From positions 3,392 to 67,391 of the forward strand of contig JBBSKI010000003.1 in the NCBI GenBank assembly GCA_038256425.1: a stretch of DNA of 64,000 nucleotides, in the 5' to 3' direction. The stretch's first letter is position 1, and each line of letters begins with the position of its first letter. This document shows, in pieces, positions 40,757 to 49,281 of this stretch. The notes under the pieces were generated by a model that made no database searches, was not told where the DNA came from, and saw nothing but the letters and a program-made list of their open reading frames with translations. The position numbers and the translations under genes are program-made. The stretch is from Sphingomonadales bacterium. GTDB lineage: Bacteria; Pseudomonadota; Alphaproteobacteria; Sphingomonadales; Sphingomonadaceae.

Positions 40757-40771
40757 GTTCTTATTATGTTC
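40757..40771. promoter_or_regulatory. Alphaproteobacterial LexA (SOS) box
   Basis: GTTC-TTATTAT-GTTC, 17 nt upstream of imuA. Confidence 0.88.
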
Positions 40772-40814
40772 CAAACCATCCCTATCCGCAATGTGCTCCT
40801 CACAGCTTCTTGCC

Positions 40815-40839
40815 GGAACCAACCCGCTCCCTCTCCGTT
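40815..40839 (+). promoter_or_regulatory. EcfG-type promoter
   Basis: GGAAC-N16-CGTT, 37 bp upstream of the general stress protein gene. Confidence 0.8.
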
Positions 40840-40876
40840 AGCCGCAGAGACCATCAGTCACTCGAGAGCACGCCCC

Positions 40877-41359
40877 ATGAAATACACCGACGGCAACCCC
40901 GCCGAGATCAAGGAAGCTTTCTGGAAGGCGCTCAGCCATTCGCCGTTCCTGATGCTCCAGCTTGATGGCGACGCGGATTCAGCCGCCCCGATGACCGCGC
41001 AGCTCGATAAGCACGCCAATCACGCGATCTGGTTCTTCACCAGCCGCACCAACCGTTTTTCCCAGCTGGGCGCGGCCACCGCGATCTATGCCTCCAAGGG
41101 CCACGACCTGTTCGCGCGGTTCGCCGGAATGCTGGTCGAGGAGACCAGCGCAGCGGTGAAAGACGAGCACTGGAACAATTTCGTCGAAGCATGGTTTCCC
41201 GGAGGTAAGAATGATCCGGACCTGCTGATGCTGCGAATGGACCTTGGCGATGCCGCGATCTGGCATGGCAATCTGGGCCTGCTCGCCGTCGCCAAGATGG
41301 CGCTCGGCATGGACGTACGAGACGAGGCTAGGGGAAACTACGCCGAAACCACCCTTTAA
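40877..41359 (+). CDS. General stress protein, pyridoxamine 5'-phosphate oxidase-like FMN-binding family
   Basis: APMTAQLD, IWFFT, WNNFVEAWFPGGKNDP motifs. Confidence 0.82.
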   Translation: MKYTDGNPAEIKEAFWKALSHSPFLMLQLDGDADSAAPMTAQLDKHANHAIWFFTSRTNRFSQLGAATAIYASKGHDLFARFAGMLVEETSAAVKDEHWNNFVEAWFPGGKNDPDLLMLRMDLGDAAIWHGNLGLLAVAKMALGMDVRDEARGNYAETTL

Positions 41360-41384
41360 GGGTCTTCGGCATCCCCAGTCGCGC

Positions 41385-41426
41385 GAAAGGGCCGTGCTCC
41401 TCCCCCTCCCGGAGCGCGGCCCTTTC
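41385..41426. terminator. Hairpin/bidirectional terminator with C-rich loop
   Basis: GAAAGGGCCGTGCTCC / GGAGCGCGGCCCTTTC stem with loop TCCCCCTCCC, between convergent genes. Confidence 0.7.
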
Positions 41427-41497
41427 TATATCTGCAATCCACACCGACAGTCGAAACGTCCGGACTCACGGACGACCGCAATCCAGGACGACCCCGC

Positions 41498-43075
41498 TCA
41501 GGGGCGCCCGCGATCGCTGATCCCGGGAATGTCCGGCTCGAGCGCGGAAATCTCGGCCTCGTGCACCTCGACCAGCCCGCGTCCGACATGACTGGTCCGG
41601 CGGCTGTAGCCAAAATAGATCACCATCCCCAACAGCCCCCAGATCGGCAGCACCAACATTGCCGCAATCGGCAGGTTGAAGAACAGGAACAAGCAGCCCA
41701 CGATCGTCGCCGGGCCGATCAGCCACAGCGCCGGGGTGCGGAAACTGCGCGGCACGTTCGGCGAAGTCTTGCGCAGGATCATCACCGAGATGGCGACCAT
41801 CATGAACGCATAGAGCGTGCCCGCATTGGCGATGTCGGCCAGCTGGCCGACCGGCAGGAACGCCGCCGCCACCGCCACGGCACCGCCGGTGATCGCGGTA
41901 ATCACATAGGGCGTCTTCCACTTGGGGTGAACCTTGCTCCACGATTCGGGGAGCAGTCCGTCGCGGCTCATCACGAAGCCGACCCGGGTCTGCCCATACA
42001 GCAGGATCAGGATCACCGATGGCAGCGCGACGAAAGCGGCGATGCCGAGCAGGTTGCCCACGGTGGAATAGCCGATCTGGCGCAGCACATGGGCCAGCGC
42101 CTCGTTCGAGCAGACCAGCATTTCGGCATATTGCGGCAGTGCGCACTGGCGCGCGAGCTCCTCGGACCCCGCGGGGAACGGCACGCCGTTCGGGCCCATG
42201 ATCGGCTGACCGCCGATCGTACCGACCGCACCTGCGGCCACCAGGATATAGAACACGGTGCAGAACAGCAGACTGCCGACCAGCCCGATCGGCACGTTGC
42301 GTTGCGGGTTCTTGGTCTCCTCTGCCGCGGTCGAAACCGCATCGAACCCGACATAGGCGAAGAAAATCGTCGCCGCCGCGCCTACGGCACCGACCCCGCT
42401 GCCGAACCCGCCAAACACGCCGGCCGGCAGAAACGGATTGAACTTGGCCATCTCGACCTGAGGCAAAGTAAGGAAGATGAACGCGGTCAGCGCCGTGACC
42501 TTGATCAGGACCAGAACCGCGTTGAACGCCGCCGATTCACGCGTTCCGACCATCAGCAGCCAGGTCACCAGCAAGGCGATGATCAGCGCGGGCAGATTGA
42601 TCAGCCCGCCCGGAGCGCCGCCCAGCGCCAGCGGGCCTGCCGCGAGCCACGGCGGCAGCTGGACTCCGAAGAATTCGTTGAGGATCGTCCCGCTGAAATA
42701 TCCCGACCAGCCGACCGATACGGCGCTCGCCGCGACCGCATATTCGAGCACCAGCGCCCAGCCGACCGTCCAGGCAAGAACCTCGCCCATCGTCGCGTAG
42801 GTATAGGTGTAGGCTGAGCCCGCGACCGGGATCATCGCCGCGATTTCGGCGTAGCACAGCGCCGCAACGATGCAGATGGCACCGGCGATGGCGAAAGCGA
42901 GCATCAGCCCGGGGCCAGCCTTCTGGGCCCCCGCAGCGGTCAGCACGAAGATCCCGGTGCCGATGACACAGCCGATCCCGAACAGGGTGAGCTGGAACCA
43001 GCCGAGCGTGCGGGGGAGCGATTTACGCTCCGCCGAAGCAAGAATGGCGTCTAGCGACTTGACGCGACCGAACAT
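41498..43075 (-). CDS. APC family amino acid permease
   Basis: GCVIGTGIF, YAEIAAMIPVAGSAYTY, FFAYVGFDAVSTAAEE motifs. Confidence 0.93.
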   Translation of the reverse strand: MFGRVKSLDAILASAERKSLPRTLGWFQLTLFGIGCVIGTGIFVLTAAGAQKAGPGLMLAFAIAGAICIVAALCYAEIAAMIPVAGSAYTYTYATMGEVLAWTVGWALVLEYAVAASAVSVGWSGYFSGTILNEFFGVQLPPWLAAGPLALGGAPGGLINLPALIIALLVTWLLMVGTRESAAFNAVLVLIKVTALTAFIFLTLPQVEMAKFNPFLPAGVFGGFGSGVGAVGAAATIFFAYVGFDAVSTAAEETKNPQRNVPIGLVGSLLFCTVFYILVAAGAVGTIGGQPIMGPNGVPFPAGSEELARQCALPQYAEMLVCSNEALAHVLRQIGYSTVGNLLGIAAFVALPSVILILLYGQTRVGFVMSRDGLLPESWSKVHPKWKTPYVITAITGGAVAVAAAFLPVGQLADIANAGTLYAFMMVAISVMILRKTSPNVPRSFRTPALWLIGPATIVGCLFLFFNLPIAAMLVLPIWGLLGMVIYFGYSRRTSHVGRGLVEVHEAEISALEPDIPGISDRGRP

Positions 43076-43224
43076 GCAATTCCCCTAAAACCCTGACCGC
43101 GCGCCGCTCTTGCGGTTGCGCTGGAAACTTGTCGTATGTGACGAAGCTAGCGGCAAGGCACAGCGGCGCAAGCCGTTTTTCCCCCACCTTTCGCCTAGGA
43201 GCGTGAGTCGCTAGAGCGTGAGGC

Positions 43225-44094
43225 ATGTCCACGACCTTTCAGATCGACACCGCGACCAGTCGCGCCCATCCCACGCCCGCACCGATGCGGCGGCTGACCG
43301 TGCCCGCGATTCTGCAGCGCAAGTCAAAGGGAAAGACCGAGCAGCCGCTGGTGATGCTGACCGCCTACACCGCGCGGATGGCACAACTGCTCGATCCGCA
43401 CTGCGATATCCTGCTCGTCGGAGATTCGCTCGGCCAGGTGATCTACGGGCTGCCCTCCTCGCTTCAGGTCACGCTGGACATGATGTGCGCGCATGGGGCG
43501 GCCGTGGTGCGCGGCAGCTATCATAGCGTCGTGGTCGTCGACATGCCGTTCGGGACCTATGAGGCATCGCCGCAACAGGCGTTCGCCGCCGCCAGCCGGA
43601 TCATGGCGGAAACAGGGTGCGCGGCGGTCAAGCTGGAGGGTGGCGTGGCAATGGCCGAAACGATTGCGTTCCTGGTCTCGCGTGGCATCCCGGTGATGGC
43701 CCATGTCGGACTGACCCCGCAAGCGGTCAATGTGCTGGGTGGATACAACGCGCGTGGCCGCACCCAGCAGGAGCACGAAAAGATCATCGCCGATGGCCAG
43801 GCGGTCGAAGCTGCCGGAGCATTCGCGGTGGTGATCGAGGGGGTGGTCGAGCCGATTGCCATCGCCCTGACCGAGACCCTGCAAATCCCGACCATCGGCA
43901 TCGGGGGATCGGCCCGCTGCGACGGCCAGGTTCTGGTCATCGATGACATGCTCGGCATGTTCGAACGCGTGCCGCGGTTCGTGAAGATTTATGAAAACCT
44001 CGCCGAGACGATCGGCGCCGCGGCGGCGAAGTATGCCGCCGAAGTGCGCGAGCGGAGCTTTCCGGGGATCGAGCAGACCTACCAGCCGAAATAA
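43225..44094 (+). CDS. panB: 3-methyl-2-oxobutanoate hydroxymethyltransferase
   Basis: MLTAY, LLVGDSL, VDMPFG, VKLEGG, HVGLTPQ, DGQVLV motifs. Confidence 0.96.
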   Translation: MSTTFQIDTATSRAHPTPAPMRRLTVPAILQRKSKGKTEQPLVMLTAYTARMAQLLDPHCDILLVGDSLGQVIYGLPSSLQVTLDMMCAHGAAVVRGSYHSVVVVDMPFGTYEASPQQAFAAASRIMAETGCAAVKLEGGVAMAETIAFLVSRGIPVMAHVGLTPQAVNVLGGYNARGRTQQEHEKIIADGQAVEAAGAFAVVIEGVVEPIAIALTETLQIPTIGIGGSARCDGQVLVIDDMLGMFERVPRFVKIYENLAETIGAAAAKYAAEVRERSFPGIEQTYQPK

Positions 44095-44112
44095 CTGGCC
44101 AGCCGAAACAGG

Positions 44113-45075
44113 TCAGGCGGTTTTGGCAAGTCGCGCCGCCAATGGCGCGGCCAGCACAAGTTGCAGCAAGTGATAGATCAGGATCGGCAGCAGCACGATC
44201 CCGGCCACGTCGGGCGCGAACAGGACGGTGGCGAGCGGGGCTCCCATCGCGATGCTTTTCTGCGCGCCCGCGAACAGAAAGGCGATCCGCTCGCCATGCG
44301 ACAGGCGCAGCGCCTTGGCCAGCAACCAGGCCCCGCCGTGCGCGAAGACCAGCAGAAGCCCCACGAACACCAGCAGTCCCGCCCAGCCGGCTGCGTCGAT
44401 CCGCGTGCCGATGCCCCCCACCACCGCGCCGGAGAATGCGACATAGACCGCGATGGCGATCGAACTGCGGTCCATCACCGTCACCAGCGGGCGGTGCGCG
44501 GCGACCCAGCCGGCGAACCATTTCTGCAGCGCTTGCCCGAGCAGGAATGGCACGAGCAGGATTACCACCACTTTGAGCAGCGCCGCGCCATCGAACCCGG
44601 CCTGGGCCGATCCCGCGAGCGCCGAAAACAGCGGCGCGGTAATGAACACCCCGAGCAGGTTGAGCATTGCGGCGGCCACCACCGAACTCGCCACGTTGCC
44701 CCCCGCCAGGGAGGAATAGGCGGTCGCCGACTGAACTGTCGAAGGCAGCACGCCAAGGAACACGAAGCCCAGCCCCAGCAGCGGCGGCAGAATTCCCGCG
44801 CCGCCCTGCCACACCGCCCAGCCAGCCAGCGCCATCGCGCCATAACTCCACAACACCAGCGGGATCAGCAGACGGTGATTGCCAAGGCCAGCCAACACCT
44901 CACCGCGCGGCAGCCGCAGCCCGTTGAGCAGGAACAGGATGAACACAGCCGCATTGGCCACGAACTGCGCGAAGCCGATCGCCGCGCCGCTTACTGGCAA
45001 GACCACGGCGAGCACCATGGCGGCCAGCAACAGCCGCACCATCGGATCGATGCGGCCCAAGGCACTCAAGGGCAA
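44113..45075 (-). CDS. Bile acid:sodium symporter family (SBF-like) protein
   Basis: LPSTVQSA, AGGNVA, QKSIAMG motifs; TTG start just after the upstream stop (start uncertain). Confidence 0.85.
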   Translation of the reverse strand: MPLSALGRIDPMVRLLLAAMVLAVVLPVSGAAIGFAQFVANAAVFILFLLNGLRLPRGEVLAGLGNHRLLIPLVLWSYGAMALAGWAVWQGGAGILPPLLGLGFVFLGVLPSTVQSATAYSSLAGGNVASSVVAAAMLNLLGVFITAPLFSALAGSAQAGFDGAALLKVVVILLVPFLLGQALQKWFAGWVAAHRPLVTVMDRSSIAIAVYVAFSGAVVGGIGTRIDAAGWAGLLVFVGLLLVFAHGGAWLLAKALRLSHGERIAFLFAGAQKSIAMGAPLATVLFAPDVAGIVLLPILIYHLLQLVLAAPLAARLAKTA

Positions 45076-45076
45076 A

Positions 45077-46135
45077 TTAGCGCCCCGCAAGGCTGACCGG
45101 CGGCGCCGGAGTGGCGGAAAAACGCGGAGCCGGTGCAGGCTGGACCATCCCACCCTCGTCAACGAAAGTACCGCGCGCGGCGTTGTGCGGATGCAGCGGG
45201 GCCTCGCGCAGAGACAGCACCGGCGCGAAGCAGATGTCGCTGTCTTCCATCAGCGCGCACCATTCGTCGCGGGTCCTGGTCAGGAACAGCGCGGTCAGTC
45301 GATCCTTCAGCGCGCCCCAGTTCGCCCGGTCGTGCTGCGCGAGGAAGCCGGGATCGTCCTTCAGCCCGGCCCGATCCAGCAGCAGCGCGTAGAACTGCGG
45401 CTCGATCGACCCGAGCGAGATCCATTTGCCGTCCGAAGTCTCGTAGGTGTCGTAAAAATGCGCGCCGGTATCGAGCATGTTGGTCCCGCGCTCGTCGTTC
45501 CACATCCCGTTGCCGAGGAAGCTGTACGTCATGGCCGAGAGGATCGCCGCGCCATCGACCATCGCGCAATCGACCACCTGGCCCGTGCCGGTGGTCCTGA
45601 CCGAGAGCAGCGCGGCGACCACGCCGAACGCCAGCATCATCCCGCCGCCGCCGAAATCGCCCACCGCGTTGACCGGCGGGGTCGGCTTTTCGCCTGCGCG
45701 GCCATAGGAATGGAGCGCGCCCGACAGCGCGATATAATTGATGTCGTGCCCGGCCAACGGTGCCTTGGGCCCGTCCTGACCCCACCCGGTCATCCGCCCG
45801 AACACCAGCTTCGGATTGTCGGCCAGCAGCACCTCGGGGCCGAGGCCAAGCCGCTCCATCACCCCGGGACGAAAGCCTTCGACGATCGCATCGGCGCCTC
45901 GAACCATATCGCGGATCTGCGCGATCGCCGCCGGGTCCTTCATGTCGAGAGCGATCCGTTCGCGCGAACGGTTGAGGATGTCGCGGTTGCCGCCGTCGCC
46001 ATACCGCCCGGTTGCGCCGGGCCGCTCGATGCGGATGACCCGCGCGCCATGATCGGCCAGCATCATCGCGGCGAAGGGCGCAGGGCCGATCCCGGCGAAT
46101 TCGAGCACCGTGATTCCGTCGAGTACGCCTGCCAT
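45077..46135 (-). CDS. CaiB/BaiF CoA-transferase (alpha-methylacyl-CoA racemase-like)
   Basis: GIGPAPF, EGFRPGVMERLGLGP, GHDINY, GDFGGG, QPAPAPRFS motifs. Confidence 0.92.
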   Translation of the reverse strand: MAGVLDGITVLEFAGIGPAPFAAMMLADHGARVIRIERPGATGRYGDGGNRDILNRSRERIALDMKDPAAIAQIRDMVRGADAIVEGFRPGVMERLGLGPEVLLADNPKLVFGRMTGWGQDGPKAPLAGHDINYIALSGALHSYGRAGEKPTPPVNAVGDFGGGGMMLAFGVVAALLSVRTTGTGQVVDCAMVDGAAILSAMTYSFLGNGMWNDERGTNMLDTGAHFYDTYETSDGKWISLGSIEPQFYALLLDRAGLKDDPGFLAQHDRANWGALKDRLTALFLTRTRDEWCALMEDSDICFAPVLSLREAPLHPHNAARGTFVDEGGMVQPAPAPRFSATPAPPVSLAGR

Positions 46136-46197
46136 GGTATGCTTCCTCCGCTTGTCGCCGGTGCGCCTTGCCGGGCAACGTGCAACCTGTCGAGAGA

Positions 46198-47921
46198 TCA
46201 GCGCGCGGCAGCCAGGCTCATGGTGCGGATCTGGCCAGTGCTGGGGTTGGCGGGGGCCAGGGCGAATGCTTGTGCGGCCAGACGGCGTGCTTCCGCTTCC
46301 TCGCCTTCCTGCAGTCGAACGAAAGCGAGATCGGCCAGGAGCACCGGGTCGCGCCAGCCGCTGCGGGTGCCGAGCCAGGCGAGCAGGTCGCCGCTCTGCG
46401 CCCAGCGCCGCGCGCGGCCCTCGGCAGTGGCCAGCATCCGCGCCGCAACCAGCGCGTTGGGATTTTGCAGCGCCTGCGCGAGCAGCACGGAGTTGGCCTC
46501 GCGTTCGCGGCCCAGCGCGCGCAGCGCGGCATCGAGTCGGGTCGCCTCGGCCTCGCCAAAGCGGATCCGCGCCGCTGCCTGATAGGCTTGCAGGGCGAGC
46601 GGGGCGCGGCCGGCAGCCAGCGCCACGTCGCCCAACATCAGGTGTGCGTCGGGCGCACCGGGGTTGGCATCGCGCAGGGTCACCGCCGCGGCCAGCGCCT
46701 CTCCCAAACGACCGTCGCGCAGCAGCGCGCGGACCCACGGCACGGTAGTGTCGGCACGACCCGGCGCATCGGCGTGGCGCAGCGCCAACACCCCGATCGG
46801 CACTTCGACAGGCAGCGCCACTGCACCGCCGCGCGATGGCTGCGCGGCACGGGCCAGCAGCGCTATCGCCCGGTCCCGCTGGCCCAAATCCTCGAAACTG
46901 CGCGCTACGATTGTCAGCAGATAGGGCGAGGCGTCCGCGCGTTGCGCCAGGCCTTCGAATCGCGCGACAACCCCCGCCGCGTCGCCACTTGCAGCCAGCA
47001 CGCTGGCGAGCAGCTGGCGGGCGTGAACATTATCGGGCTGGAGCCGCAGCAGCCGGTCGAACTGCGTAACCGCGACCTCGCGGTTGCCCGCGCGCAGTTC
47101 GAGCACCCCGGCGAGCAGGAATGCGCCGGGCACGTCGCGCATCGTCTGCTTGTTGCGATAGAGGATGCGCCGGCCAAGCTGATCGTTCCCGGCCCGCGCG
47201 GCCAGCACCGCTTGCAGGTAATAGACTTGCGGGTCGTTCGGCGCGACCTTGTGCAGCCGCCGGACCGCAGCAAGCATCGCCCCGGCGCGGCCCATGTCAC
47301 CCAGCGTCGCAGCATATTCGCCCAGCAGCGCGGGATCGTCCGGAGCCTTGGCCAGCGCCGCCTCGAACCACGGCAGCGAAGCGGTGAAGCCATATTGCGA
47401 GCGGATCAGGATGGCGCGCAAGGCCAGCGCGGAGGGCTCCTGCGGGGCCAGCGCCAGCGCATGGTCGGCCGCCTCGATCGCCTCGCGCTGTTCGCCCCCG
47501 GCAAAGCGCAGACGGCCGATGTCGGCCCACAGCTGCGCGTCGCGTGGGGCGGTCGCCAATGCCCGGTCGAAGGCGCGACCTGCGGCGGGCAGGTTGCGCT
47601 CGCGCAGTTCCAGCCGGCCCAGCATGCGAAACCCATGGGCCGCGCTGGAAGCCGAAAACGCCCGCCCTCCAGCCACTCGCGCGCATGGACAAGGTCGCCT
47701 TGCGCCAGCAGCGCTTCGCCCATCAGAGCGCGCACCCCGTCCGCCGGAGCGCCCGCTTTCGATGCTTCGCGCAGTCGCGCCTCGGCGGCGATCCCGTCGC
47801 GGATCGCCAGTGCCGCGCGGGCGCGGTCGAGCGCGGCCTCGCCACCCGCCGCAACGGCGCTGCCGGCCATCAGCGCCAGCGACAGCCCTAACGTCAGGGT
47901 CCACCTATGCGTGCAGGTCAT
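46198..47921 (-). pseudogene. PEP-CTERM-associated TPR protein with an apparent one-base deletion frameshift near 47655
   Basis: Signal peptide and TPR start (MTCTHRWTLTLGLSLALMAGSAVA...EWLEGGRF) are in one frame; the continuation (SASSAAHGFRMLGRL...) is in another. The junction is at a T4 run. Confidence 0.65.
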
Positions 47922-49281
47922 ACTGCTTGAGCAGGTCATAGAGCGTCGGGCGGCTGATCCCCAGTAGCCGCGCGGTGTTGGAGATGTTGCCTTCGCTGCG
48001 CGCCAGCGCATGACGGATCACCCGGCGATCGGCATGTTCACGCGCCGACTTGAGGTTGAGCGGAGCATCGCCGGATTCATCGGGCGAGACCAGATCGAGA
48101 TCGCCCGCACCGACGAGCTTGCCATCGGCCATGATGACCGCCCGCTTGACCCGGTTTTCCAGCTCGCGAACGTTGCCCGGCCAGGCCCAGGCGTCGATGG
48201 CAGCCAGCGCATCGGGGGCCAGGCCCTTGACTGCCGGGTTCATCTCACGCGCAAAGCGGCTGAGAAACACCTTGGCGAGCAGGGTTGCGTCGCCGGGCCG
48301 CTCGACCAGGCTGGGAATTTTCACCACGATTTCGGCGAGGCGATAGAACAGGTCCTCGCGGAAGCGGCCTGCGGCGATCATCGCTTCGAGATCCTGGTGG
48401 GTGGCGCAGACGATCCGGGTGTCGACCGCGATCGAACGCCGCCCGCCGATCCGCTCGATCGTGCGCTCCTGCAGAAATCGCAGCAGCTTGACCTGCAGCT
48501 GGAGCGGAATGTCGCCAACTTCATCAAGAAACAACGTGCCGCCGTCGGCCAGTTCGATCTTGCCCTCGGTGGTCTTGACCGCGCCGGTAAAGGCGCCCTT
48601 CTCATGCCCGAACAGTTCGCTTTCGAGCAGGTTCTCAGGGATCGCGGCGCAATTGATCGCGACGAAATTGCCTTTGGCGCGGTTGCTCGCGTCGTGCAGC
48701 CCCTTGGCGAGCAGTTCCTTGCCGGTGCCGCTGGCGCCCAGCAGCATCACCGAAACCTGCGCGTTGGCGACCCGCTCGATCGTGCGGGCGACCCGGACCA
48801 TTTCGGGCGCAGCGGTTATCAGCCCGCCCAGTACACGGTTCTCCGCCCCACTCTTGCTGGCCAGCGCGCGGTTCTCCGCCTCGATCCGGTGCAGATGCAA
48901 CGCGCGCCGCACGATCAGCCCGAGCGCCTCGATGTCGACCGGCTTCTGGCAGAAGTCGTAAGCGCCCTTGGCAATTGCGGTCAGCGCAGATTCGCGCGCG
49001 CCGTGACCCGAAGCGACGATCACCTTGGTATCGGGCTTGAGCGCCATGATCGCATCGAGCACCGCAAAGCCCTCGGCGGTGCCGTCGGCGTCGGGCGGCA
49101 GGCCAAGATCGAGCGTGACGACGGCGGGCTCCTCGGCCCGCAACGCAGCCAGCGCGCTCGCCCGGTCACCCACGATGGTCACCGCGAAATCCTCGTAAGC
49201 CCACTTGAGTTGCGCCTGGAGGCCGGGATCGTCCTCGACGATTAGCAGCCTTGGCAAAACCTTGGTCATCATGTCGGCCAT
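47905..49281 (-). CDS. prsR: PEP-CTERM-box sigma54-dependent response regulator
   Basis: Receiver (LDLGLPPD), GASGTGKE, GAFTGA, Fis-type HTH; downstream of prsK. Confidence 0.93.
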   Translation of the reverse strand: MADMMTKVLPRLLIVEDDPGLQAQLKWAYEDFAVTIVGDRASALAALRAEEPAVVTLDLGLPPDADGTAEGFAVLDAIMALKPDTKVIVASGHGARESALTAIAKGAYDFCQKPVDIEALGLIVRRALHLHRIEAENRALASKSGAENRVLGGLITAAPEMVRVARTIERVANAQVSVMLLGASGTGKELLAKGLHDASNRAKGNFVAINCAAIPENLLESELFGHEKGAFTGAVKTTEGKIELADGGTLFLDEVGDIPLQLQVKLLRFLQERTIERIGGRRSIAVDTRIVCATHQDLEAMIAAGRFREDLFYRLAEIVVKIPSLVERPGDATLLAKVFLSRFAREMNPAVKGLAPDALAAIDAWAWPGNVRELENRVKRAVIMADGKLVGAGDLDLVSPDESGDAPLNLKSAREHADRRVIRHALARSEGNISNTARLLGISRPTLYDLLKQYDLHA

